NCBI GenBank assembly: GCA_030167865.1
Contig: JALAGF010000222.1
Coordinates: 1-47,455, forward strand
Direction: 5' to 3'
Origin: Craspedostauros australis
Lineage: Eukaryota
DNA: 47,455 bases
Below the pieces are notes generated by a model, which saw only the letters and a list, made by a program, of their open reading frames with translations, did no database searches and was not told the DNA's origin. A program made the position numbers and the translations under genes. Below, piece after piece: positions 1 to 9,674 of this stretch (position 1 is the first letter of the stretch; each line of letters opens with the position of its first letter).

Positions 1-1639
1 TGGGATATGGCAGCTCTGACTGCCGACGAGCGTGTTGGATTGACAGTGCATGTTTGGAAGAAGTGTGGGTAGTGTGGGGATCTTTGATTGTTCCCATGCT
101 TGTCCTCCACCATGTCTTGGTACTTTTGTTGGTCACTGGCATTGCTGAGGGTGAGGTCCCACTCNNNNNNNNNNNNNNNNNNNNNNNNNNNNNNNNNNNN
201 NNNNNNNNNNNNNNNNNNNNNNNNNNNNNNNNNNNNNNNNNNNNNNNNNNNNNNNNNNNNNNNNNNNNNNNNNNNNNNTGGCCCCTTCCTCCCAATATTC
301 ATCTGGAGTGCACCCTTGCCAATGGATGGGCCAAAGGTGAATGGTAGGTATCCAGCTCGCATGTGTGTACCCTCCAGATTGGCACCCCTGGTAGTGAGGA
401 AGATGGTGGTGCTGCGGCAGTTGTATCCTTGATCTGTCGTGAGGGTTAGATTTCAAAAAGAACCATCTGGTCCTTTTAGTTGGGTGAACAACCGATAGGT
501 GTTGTCATCCAACCCATCTTGGCAAGCAGCCAACCCCACAACAAGTCCAGAAGCAGACTGGACAAGAGTGTTCAGGGTTAATCTGAAGGAACGCAGAAGA
601 CGGAAANGAGACNGAGACCTGGGGTGAGGAATTGAAATATGAAATGGAGATGCCACCCCTCTGCAACAAAACACACAATGCTGTTCGTCACTTACCCATT
701 ACGATTTACATGAGTATGTCTCATGCCAAACAGATAGCTGCTCTCCGCACAGCTGCTGCAATGGACCTTGTCATCATCCAATGTGACGATCCGATTCGGG
801 CAACGATGCCGAAGACAAAGAATCTCAAGCGTCAAGTTAAAAGCACTTTCCAATTCGGTCCAAACAAAGCGATGACCATTCCGAGAGACAGGGTTTCCAT
901 TGCGTCGAATACGGTCCCAGAGATTGATGTAGTGCTGTCTGGTGGGAAAGCTGGGAAACGTGGCAGCGTTGCCGCCATCGTAGAGCCAACGAACGGTGCC
1001 GCCTTCCACCATCTGTGATGTGATGGCATAGAGGAACTCCATGTACTCAGCATATGAGAAACCCAGCCCGCTTGGGCCAAATGCACGGATGAAAATGGGA
1101 GATGTGGGGCCCAGCACATNGTGGATCAAGTCATGGGGTGTTGGCACGTATGGTGGAGACCCAGGAGGACTCTTGGGGAAGCGCTGCAAGACAGCTGTTC
1201 GCAGTGAACGAATCTCTTCCTTTGCATGGAGGAGAGCGAGCTTCTGGGCTTCTCCAACAGTCACATTTGTTGCATGCTTGTAGGCCGAGAGCACCTTCCA
1301 CTCCACAGAGATCTCCCTACTCCCCTTCTTTGGAGGGAGGACAATGCGATGGCTGTAGCCAGGAAGCGAGCACGGTTGGACTCCAAAATTGCCAACAGGA
1401 TCTGGAGGCACCACTGTAGGCACCGCACCCTTGTCATCACTGTTGACACAGATGCCATCTCCTTCTTCTTCATGGGTGTGTTTGCCTGCATCACCCATTC
1501 CATCATCCAAAACTTGTCCAAAGGGATGAAGCTGCTGGGATGGAGAGACATTGCCATGGCCGGTTGTTGCAAGTGGAGTGGAAGCTGTGGGCAAGTTGTC
1601 ATTGGCATTGGGAGCATCAGGTGGAAGAGAAGATGCCAT
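1..1639 (-). pseudogene. Transposase pseudogene with a probable intron (583-695) and an in-frame stop (453-455)
   Basis: ATG at 1639 (MASSLPPDAP...) is open to ...HVNRNG. GTAAGT at 695 to TTCCTTCAG at 583 splices in frame to LTLNTLVQSASGLVVGL. After TGA at 453-455 the frame continues NLTLTTDQGY...PFTFG up to the gap. An open frame (EWDLTLS...) also runs from 164 to the edge. Confidence 0.6.
165..278. other. Assembly gap (N run)
   Basis: Run of N in the sequence. Confidence 0.99.
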
Positions 1640-1814
1640 GATGAAGGTGACGTATTGAAGAAGGCAAGCTGGAAGAAGAAGGCAGTATGGGGGATGCTGT
1701 GAATGATAAGCAAGGAGGTGCGAGGTTGATGATGGGATGAAATGAACCACAGCAGGCAAGGAGGTTGGAGAGGGAGGGTTGTTGCCATCTGGAGGAAAGC
1801 GAAGAAACAATGAC

Positions 1815-1924
1815 NNNNNNNNNNNNNNNNNNNNNNNNNNNNNNNNNNNNNNNNNNNNNNNNNNNNNNNNNNNNNNNNNNNNNNNNNNNNNNNNNNNNNN
1901 NNNNNNNNNNNNNNNNNNNNNNNN
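1815..1924. other. Assembly gap (N run)
   Basis: Run of N in the sequence. Confidence 0.99.
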
Positions 1925-1930
1925 TGAAAA

Positions 1931-2024
1931 TTGTCTCCTCAGACCGGATTTTGGCGAACCTCCGGGTAACTTTGTCTCCTGAGCCCAAAATGGCCATTTT
2001 TGGTCTCCCCAGACAGAATCTGTC
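1931..2024. repeat. Cluster of short direct repeats and palindromes, probably transposon subterminal sequence
   Basis: TTGTCTCCTCAGAC (1931-1944), TTGTCTCCTGAG (1972-1983), TGGTCTCCCCAGAC (2001-2014). Palindromes AAAATGGCCATTTT (1987-2000) and GACAGA-A-TCTGTC (2012-2024). Confidence 0.6.
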
Positions 2025-2678
2025 CTCATGGATATAGGAGATGAATCTAGCATCACATGCCTGAACAACATTGAGCCTATTCACACGATTGCCGCTTCCT
2101 CAAGTCGTCACAGTTGATTGTCTCATTGGATTTGCGGGGTTGAACTTGTTACGAGTGCGACGAGGAAGGATCGTTGTTGGACAAGGATCTCAAAGTTCTC
2201 ATCAAATCTTCACAAGATTGGAATCGCGCTCGCACACACCATCACAACAAGAACGACGCAAGAGAACATTCCAAACTGCGCGCGTCGTGATCGATTCTGA
2301 CTCGTGTTAAAAAAGTGAGCAGTCCAACATGCGACAATATGTAAATAATACGGACATGAATAAATACATTAAAAGCGGTGCGCAATGCGACACGCGAAGT
2401 CCGTATCGCCATTTTTTTTTAGGTTCGTCTCGCCAAATCGATGGGTGTTGTTCTTCGCTTTCCCAGATGTCACGGATGACGGCAACGACGATGCTGATGG
2501 GATGATTGCGATAGTTGCGATGTTTGTGATAGCTGTGATACGAGAACAAAAACAAGATCAACATCATCAAAAGAGGACTCCTCTCCATCTTGCGTTTGCC
2601 ACCTGACTCCATTCTGCAGCACATCCAATCACCAACGTCAAGCGTAACCCGATACGATACGAAAGAGGGTTGGTGACC

Positions 2679-5600
2679 ATGGCGACGCCAACCAGCGGCA
2701 GCGGCAGCGCATCGCCGCATCATGCCAACCAGGAGGGACTGTCCACGCTGGTGGCCGGCCGCAAGAGCAGCGCCCTGCCCTCGCGCGAACGCGTCTCTGC
2801 GGCCATCGCGATGGTGCGAGCCCAGCAGGGCACGCCGACCAACGTGACACCGAAGCGCTTCTCCCGCATCAAGGGCCTGGATCAGCTGCGGAACTTCAAG
2901 AAGACAACGCGCAAATCATCCACCGATGAGAATCAAAGCGGGAATGGCAACGTTCTGGGTACACCCAAGTGGAACAGCCCAGGTCCATCGCAATCCGTTG
3001 CGACAGCGGCAATTGCAGCTGTGACGGCGACCGCGGCGGCAGCAGCAGCAGCGACGAAGGAAACGTCGTCACCCAAGGCAGAGGGCGATGCTGGTGGTGG
3101 TAATGGTCTGCCCAACCAACCCTCCATGCAAGATCCAAGGGATGATGTCGAGGGATCTCACATTGGCATTGGCAATGGCAATGCCACTAGCGACGCCAAC
3201 AGCAACGGCAACGACAACGGCATCAATGACGAAGACGATATGATCACATTGATGAGAGAACAGGACGGAAACTCCGACGACGACGGCGAGGTGGTGGCGA
3301 CCGAACCAGCACCAGAGGACTACGTGATTCCCGGTGCACCCAGCTTCACACAGAGCGCTCCTGCCGCAGCCGCTGCGCTGACCAGCACACTGTCAGAGGA
3401 AGATCCCATCATGCGCATGCGCGGACCATCCTTCGACAGCAGTGATGAAGATGACATTGAAGGAAGCAACAGCGATGTCGATGTGGATCCCTCCACTCTT
3501 GCCGGCATCGCAGCTTACATTGATGCCGTCACCGCGGGCAGCTCGCCGGCCAAACATGATGACGAGGATGACGACGACGACGAGGATTCGATCCCATCCG
3601 ACATTCCAGACGAGACCGAGGCAGGCGTGCTCAATTTCCTCGACAGGTTGGAACAGAAACGGGTTGCCAAAGACGCACCGACGACGCCGCATGGCACACC
3701 GCAGCCAACTTTCAGCGAGGACGACGTCATTCCAATCTACGAAAAGCTGCAGCAGACCAACCAACAGGACGAGGTCACTCACGATCCTCCTGGCACGCAT
3801 CATGTGCGTGAAACAACGACGCAGAAGAACGATCCTCCGACACCCACCTCCGCAATCATTACGGAATCTGCGTCGTCTCAAGACCTTGTCAGGGCGGACT
3901 CGCAGGACGATCAAGATGTCAACGTCAAGGATGAAGCAGGTGGAGACGCACCCATCATTGCAGCAGCAGCTCAAGCCGCAGCACCGGCAGCAGTTGGAGC
4001 AGTGACCGGAGCTGCTGTGGTTGCATCAAGCAACAGCGCTTCTGATGGTGATTGCCCACCGTTCGACGACATGGATGATGCAATCATAACCCAACGCACT
4101 ACGGAGGACCCCGAAGTCACGAGTGCTGGTACTGATGCTCATAGTGATGCTGCGGAAGACAACACCGATGACAACAACAGCACCAGCGAAGACAGCGAAC
4201 CGGAACCAGACATCGATACAGAAGATGAAGCTTCATTTCCGGAAGAACAAGCCCCGATGGACCTCACACCACGAAATCCAGCCAGAATCATCCGACCACC
4301 CCCTGTGCCTGAGGTGAACGCTGCTAATCAGGTCAAGTCCAGCCGCGCACCGAGCAACGGTATTAGTACTGCACCCAGCGTGTGCACCACCGCCTTCCCA
4401 AGTTTCGGCGAAGAGGAGTCCATCGACGCTGTTGATTCCATCATCGTCATCCATGAATCTTATTCCGATTACGGCGAAGGTCAAGCGCCGGTGGATCACA
4501 AGCTCAATGTCATCACGGAGGACAATGGACGTGGTGACAGCACCGCACACGAGGGTGATGCACACAACGACAAATACGTCAGCGTCCACAGCGTCCACGA
4601 TGTTCATGACGATGCGGTCGACGACGATCGCTATCAAATCCTTTCCATGCAAACCAGCACGCAGGAGGAAGACGTCAACGAGGGTGATGAACAAGAACCT
4701 ATCGACGCTCACCTCGCCGAAGCAGCTGTGGCTGCAGGTGTGGCTGTTGCTGTCGTCGGGGCTGCCGCAGCAGCTACGCCCATGGTCACCGGTGATGTTC
4801 GAGATGACGAAGCGAATGTCTCCGGCAGCGCACAAGATCAATCGGAGGAGCTGGACGTGGAGGACCAACAGCTCACCTTGAGCATGGAACCATCGGGAGA
4901 TTATGATACCGCCGACGACGACGATGACGATGATCGCAACTTCCTGGATGAGTTGCTGGACAACGAACAGGTGCATTCCATGCCATCGTCCGCCTGCAGC
5001 GAGGAACTGATTGCTCAACCATCGAGCAGCTACGCCCGTGCTCCCACCAACTCGTACGCCGACCAACTCCAGTCAACCGCCAGCGAACTCGATACCTTCA
5101 TCTCGGCCGCGGCCGTGCCTTCCACTGTCAGCGACGCTTCAGAGGAGGAGGAGGAGGAGGAGGAGGAGGAAAAGAAGGACGAAAGCAACCAGCAAGCGAC
5201 AGATGGAAGCGGCGATGCTCGTGGATTCGACAGCAGCGTTCTCGGTGATGGCAACATGACGACTTCCTACAAGGACGAAGCTCCGCCGTTGCTGCAGCTT
5301 GATTCTGTCGTGGAAAGCGTCACGAATGACCAAGACCAAAAGGACGACGACGACGCGGGTCCAGTGGACGATGCAGCACAGGAGCTGCTTCGCAAGAATC
5401 TCCCACCTTCGCCCAACAAGCAACGCCAGCCAAAGAACGTGGGCTCGGCTTTCCACACCGAGATCATGCTCGACGAAGAGGAAGAGTGCGTCGAGGTTCT
5501 GGGCAACGAAATGAACGAGCCTGGCGGTCAGCGCCTTGTCTCGCCCAAGTACGACGAACAGCAGAACAATCCATCCGCAAACATGCCGATGGACTTGCTT

Positions 5601-8600
5601 TCTGGCTGGCACGATCCGGCTCAGCATGGTCAGCAGGTGGACCCACAAGGCTTGTCGCCACGGGAGGATGACCGGCGTCGGTTGTCCGTCGATCCATCCT
5701 ACCAAGATGACGACACTGATGCTGATACTGATACTGACGCCGATGCTAATGGTGCTGATACGGATTCTTATGCTGATGAAGACGCCGATGACGATGACGA
5801 TCAACAAGGCATGGGGTTTGCAAACAGCAGCGAGCAGGAGGAGGATGATGATGAATTCAACGAAACGGCAAGCGACGTCGACGAGCGCAACCAGCGTCGC
5901 TACAACGACCAAGATGGTGTCAACCGCATGGCCTCCGCGGACGAGACAGTGCAAGGATTCCGAGCCAAGCCATCTCTGCTGAGTGCCAAGTCCTCCACAA
6001 CTTCGGCCTCGGATCACCTGCGCAGTCGGGGTTGCGATTTGTCTGGTCATACCACCGCCAGCGGCAAGATCAGCAACACCCAGAATAACAACGGTCATTC
6101 TGCAGCAGCGCAGCTGTCGACCCAATTTTGCAACCCGCGGTGCAATAAGGACGATGCCACTGACGATGAAGGATTCGACATCGACGGTCAGCTCATCGAG
6201 GCATTCCTCGGAGAATCGAAGAGCATGGACGAGGGTGACGAAGAAGACAAGCGCATGGTTATATCGCCACGATCGCAGGCCATTGTCGCCGCCGCCGTTG
6301 CCGGTGCCGGTGCTGTTGCGGCATCGTTCAGCATTGATCAGAACATTGCACCATCTCAGAGCCGACAAAGCCACCGCGACGGGCAACGGCAGCACGATGA
6401 AGCTACCATGTTCACAGAATCCCCAACAAAGTCCGCTGGACAGGAAGAAAGCGACGTCTTCTTCTCACAATTCTCATCTTTGGAAGTTGAGGGTGGTGAC
6501 AAAGCCAAAAACGACGCGAACGCATCAGCGGGTGAGCAAAACGGCAGAGAGAGCAAGGCTCCTGCAACCAGCGCACCTCGATCCATCGTAGACGCCGCCA
6601 AGGGCGCCGACGGTGGCACGCATCTGGATCCGCCGGCCACAGCGAATCTTGCGAAGCCAGAGAACCTCACATCTCTCAAGAGGCTCGCTATCTACTTCTC
6701 CCAATTGAAGGCACCCGAAAATGGCACGAAGGAGGACAAGAAGAAGATCCGGAGATTCCAAAAGCTGATTGCGGGCGTGATGAACGGCGAGAAACCCACC
6801 ATCATCGAAGCTGCACAAATCCGACAGGCTGCGCAGCGCGCCGACGTCTCGCTCACCATCGTGGACCGCTTCCTGGAGTTTGCTGACGACGAACAGCCAC
6901 AAATCGTTGAGGCGCCGTCGACGAAGGATAGCATGGACCTGGCGACATCCAACCTCAGCCAAATCGAAAATATCGACGAGGATGAAGCCATCGCTGGGTT
7001 CTTGAATCGTTACGAAGCCCTGAAGGCCGGAGGTCACTTCCAACATGGTCTTGACGCCAGCAGCAACACCCATGGTCACGCAACCGCCAGCGGCGCATCT
7101 GCCACACACAGCAACAGCAACAGCTACAACAACAGCCACACGACTCGCAACGTCAACAATCACGGTAGTAGCACGTACTGCGGAGATGCGGGGTCGGTCA
7201 CGACCAGCGCCACGCACGAGGACATCGAAGTGGATGCGCAAATGGGATTTGTCGAACTGAAGAACGAACCTCAGTACGAGGAGGAATGGTGGCTCGAGGC
7301 CAACGGCGACAACACCTCACGTCAACAGCGTCTCATCCAGCTCAGCGACTCGGACGATGAACGCGATGACAACGCCATGCCAAAAGCCACCGTCAAGTCC
7401 TCATCCGTGGAAGATACTGAGAAAACCGCAAGCAGCGACAACGGCGATGACGACGTCAATGGCAACAGCGACAACAGCGAGAATGTCGAGGTGCTTCTCA
7501 ACTCTGACAACCACAAGGGACATCATCTTACGAATCCGGTCTCATCCCCCTCACGTCGTCTCGGCTCATCCACGATCGGAGGGCAACGCCATGTTTCGTC
7601 ACCAAGAGGCGGTGGTGGACGGAGAGGAGGATTCTCGCCCCCATCCAGCCCGAACAGGCGGGGTGCGGATTGGAAGGACCGCGCTCTGATCGAATCGGCA
7701 TCGTACGCCTACGATCACAAGCACAGGGAGGAGCCCCGCATCTGGGCACGCAAGAATTCCATGTCTGTGTACGGCACGGCATGGGAGAAGCACAAGCGAT
7801 GGGTCCAGGGCCACACCCATGCCTCCAGAAACCCAAAGCCCATCGACGGCGTAGCTGCGGCCGGACACATCTCGCGCTTCAGCTTCAACCGAGGCCTGCT
7901 TCCGGTGACGAGACCATGGCAGCTGTCCTACAAGGAACGCACCAAGCAGCACGCCGGGTACTTCAACATCGACGTGTACTCCATCTACGACACCTCCGCC
8001 GCCCTCCACGATGACGCCGATGACGACGAGGAGGACATGGATTATCTGCCTTGGGAGAGTAGGAACGTGAAGCAGCGCTTCCTCCACGAAAAGAGCATCT
8101 CCTTCTCCCGCAACTGGTACGGTTCCAACCGCTGGATGCGAGGCAACGACCGCGTCAAGCAGCCCGTGTGCAAGCCGAAGTCAATGGAGATGCCCATCGA
8201 GAACATCCCCCATCCGGGTGACTGGACCGAGGAGTGGTACACAACCTGGAAGTCTCCAGGTGAACGCGATGCGATCCGCAGCGTGCAATCCCGTGACAGC
8301 GCTTCTCGAACATACGAAGACACCGCCACGTACACGCACACGCATGAGCACACGCGGTGCGATGAAGATACTTGGTACACCAACGATGATCGCACGTACG
8401 GAACTGCGACCCGCGCCGGCGACGACACCGTCTTCGACAAGTCGGCAGCATCCTCCACGCGAGAGTACAATTCCACGTTTGAACATGCTGATTCCTCCGT
8501 CCTCGACGGCGAACGCGATTACAACGACGACGACGATGACGATGATGAATCCTGGGAGGAGGCTCCGGAGTGCGGCGTGATCATCAACGTCAAGCAGAAG

Positions 8601-8708
8601 ATCGGCGAACGGATCAGCCGCGTGCATCCCAACTTCACCAGTTCCTTGAGGAGGAGCCGCTGGCGCAAGAAGTACTTCCCGCAAGGCACCTTCCCGTACA
8701 GGACATGA
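2679..8708 (+). CDS. Giant acidic low-complexity protein (~2009 aa) with a small helical module and a Trp/Arg-rich C-terminal domain; function unknown
   Basis: Uninterrupted 6 kb ORF with first ATG at 2679. The body is D/E/S/A-rich. Ordered-looking segments lie at ~6670-7030 and ~7670-8705 (PWESRNVKQRFLHEKSISFSRNWYG...RRSRWRKKYFPQGTFPY). Confidence 0.85.
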   Translation: MATPTSGSGSASPHHANQEGLSTLVAGRKSSALPSRERVSAAIAMVRAQQGTPTNVTPKRFSRIKGLDQLRNFKKTTRKSSTDENQSGNGNVLGTPKWNSPGPSQSVATAAIAAVTATAAAAAAATKETSSPKAEGDAGGGNGLPNQPSMQDPRDDVEGSHIGIGNGNATSDANSNGNDNGINDEDDMITLMREQDGNSDDDGEVVATEPAPEDYVIPGAPSFTQSAPAAAAALTSTLSEEDPIMRMRGPSFDSSDEDDIEGSNSDVDVDPSTLAGIAAYIDAVTAGSSPAKHDDEDDDDDEDSIPSDIPDETEAGVLNFLDRLEQKRVAKDAPTTPHGTPQPTFSEDDVIPIYEKLQQTNQQDEVTHDPPGTHHVRETTTQKNDPPTPTSAIITESASSQDLVRADSQDDQDVNVKDEAGGDAPIIAAAAQAAAPAAVGAVTGAAVVASSNSASDGDCPPFDDMDDAIITQRTTEDPEVTSAGTDAHSDAAEDNTDDNNSTSEDSEPEPDIDTEDEASFPEEQAPMDLTPRNPARIIRPPPVPEVNAANQVKSSRAPSNGISTAPSVCTTAFPSFGEEESIDAVDSIIVIHESYSDYGEGQAPVDHKLNVITEDNGRGDSTAHEGDAHNDKYVSVHSVHDVHDDAVDDDRYQILSMQTSTQEEDVNEGDEQEPIDAHLAEAAVAAGVAVAVVGAAAAATPMVTGDVRDDEANVSGSAQDQSEELDVEDQQLTLSMEPSGDYDTADDDDDDDRNFLDELLDNEQVHSMPSSACSEELIAQPSSSYARAPTNSYADQLQSTASELDTFISAAAVPSTVSDASEEEEEEEEEEKKDESNQQATDGSGDARGFDSSVLGDGNMTTSYKDEAPPLLQLDSVVESVTNDQDQKDDDDAGPVDDAAQELLRKNLPPSPNKQRQPKNVGSAFHTEIMLDEEEECVEVLGNEMNEPGGQRLVSPKYDEQQNNPSANMPMDLLSGWHDPAQHGQQVDPQGLSPREDDRRRLSVDPSYQDDDTDADTDTDADANGADTDSYADEDADDDDDQQGMGFANSSEQEEDDDEFNETASDVDERNQRRYNDQDGVNRMASADETVQGFRAKPSLLSAKSSTTSASDHLRSRGCDLSGHTTASGKISNTQNNNGHSAAAQLSTQFCNPRCNKDDATDDEGFDIDGQLIEAFLGESKSMDEGDEEDKRMVISPRSQAIVAAAVAGAGAVAASFSIDQNIAPSQSRQSHRDGQRQHDEATMFTESPTKSAGQEESDVFFSQFSSLEVEGGDKAKNDANASAGEQNGRESKAPATSAPRSIVDAAKGADGGTHLDPPATANLAKPENLTSLKRLAIYFSQLKAPENGTKEDKKKIRRFQKLIAGVMNGEKPTIIEAAQIRQAAQRADVSLTIVDRFLEFADDEQPQIVEAPSTKDSMDLATSNLSQIENIDEDEAIAGFLNRYEALKAGGHFQHGLDASSNTHGHATASGASATHSNSNSYNNSHTTRNVNNHGSSTYCGDAGSVTTSATHEDIEVDAQMGFVELKNEPQYEEEWWLEANGDNTSRQQRLIQLSDSDDERDDNAMPKATVKSSSVEDTEKTASSDNGDDDVNGNSDNSENVEVLLNSDNHKGHHLTNPVSSPSRRLGSSTIGGQRHVSSPRGGGGRRGGFSPPSSPNRRGADWKDRALIESASYAYDHKHREEPRIWARKNSMSVYGTAWEKHKRWVQGHTHASRNPKPIDGVAAAGHISRFSFNRGLLPVTRPWQLSYKERTKQHAGYFNIDVYSIYDTSAALHDDADDDEEDMDYLPWESRNVKQRFLHEKSISFSRNWYGSNRWMRGNDRVKQPVCKPKSMEMPIENIPHPGDWTEEWYTTWKSPGERDAIRSVQSRDSASRTYEDTATYTHTHEHTRCDEDTWYTNDDRTYGTATRAGDDTVFDKSAASSTREYNSTFEHADSSVLDGERDYNDDDDDDDESWEEAPECGVIINVKQKIGERISRVHPNFTSSLRRSRWRKKYFPQGTFPYRT
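5142..5168 (+). repeat. (GAG)9 coding microsatellite (poly-Glu)
   Basis: Directly visible; encodes part of a run of 10 Glu. Confidence 0.95.
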
Positions 8709-8739
8709 GATCCTTCCAACCTGCGTCGCGTCACATGAC

Positions 8740-8771
8740 GTCGCATCATGTCGCAACATGTCGCATCATGT
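8740..8771 (+). repeat. Three copies of a 10-bp unit GTCGCAWCAT just after the stop codon
   Basis: GTCGCATCAT GTCGCAACAT GTCGCATCAT GT. Confidence 0.8.
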
Positions 8772-9674
8772 ATGTTATCAGTTCATCGTCGCCTTGCCCT
8801 TGTCTTCACAGACATGGCTGGGCTTCCAGCAACATCACCATATTAACACTGTCAGTATCACCATGGATAGTAGTAGTAGCAACCAGCTTAGTTATCAGCA
8901 TCAGCATCAATATCAGCATCACTCGTCTTTCGGCATCAGTTTTTGCAAAGAACACGATCTCAGATCAGCCAGTTGCCATGATTCAGTGGCGTGAGCACGT
9001 TCATGTTTTTGTGTGACATGTTCTAGCTCGACAGGCGCGAAACATGTCACTTGTGTTCGGTTGCGACATTATTTGAATGGACATTTCCGTTAACTTGTTC
9101 TTTTGTTGATCGAGCCTCATTTTCAAAACAAGAATTGAGCCGTTTGTGCTATCCGCAATTTACAAAGCAAAACCAACCCTCCTCACGAAGGGAGCGTCTC
9201 ATGTCGGTCTGTTGGCCATTGGGACATGTGGTTTCGAAGCTGTGAATCGAACATGATGCTGTCCGTACCTATGATGGACGAAGTCACACGCCAAGAACTT
9301 CCTCCTGCGGTGCCGTCATCCTGACACCATCGTTCACGTCCTGGGGATTGAGGCCGTCGCAATTCCCATGCCAATGAAATGCCAACTCGAACTCGCAGGT
9401 TCCATTCGTCTCTCACCAACAGGAGCAACATCATCAACGCCGCTGCTATCACCCAAAGGCAATACCAACACCAACACCAGCATCAGCATCAGCATCAGCG
9501 TCAACAGTTGCATCAAAGAACCTGGCGCCATTCCACACCGCACTCTGCTACTCTAGCGATTGTTCTCATCGGCCTCATTCTTGTCGTCAACTGTCTTCTG
9601 CTTGCAAGACTGTCATCCAACACGCACGATAGCGCAGTTACATCGACAGTGGTTGCAACAGCCAATTCGGGGGC

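Larger units (their letters stand above)
1..2050 (-). mobile_element. Degenerate DNA transposon (piggyBac/IS4-like DDE), truncated by the window edge
   Basis: Minus-strand transposase-like frame with VTLDDDK, TTDQGY (DRGY-like) and LEGTHMRAGYLPFTFG motifs. Two N gaps and isolated Ns suggest a collapsed repeat. Short direct repeats and palindromes lie at 1931-2024. The right boundary is approximate; no TIR or TSD was identified. Confidence 0.65.

Noticed and set aside
2385-2606. 73-aa ORF with a hydrophobic stretch upstream of gene 1
   Set aside because: Short, no motif, and derived from GAT/GTT-rich leader sequence; no support for coding.
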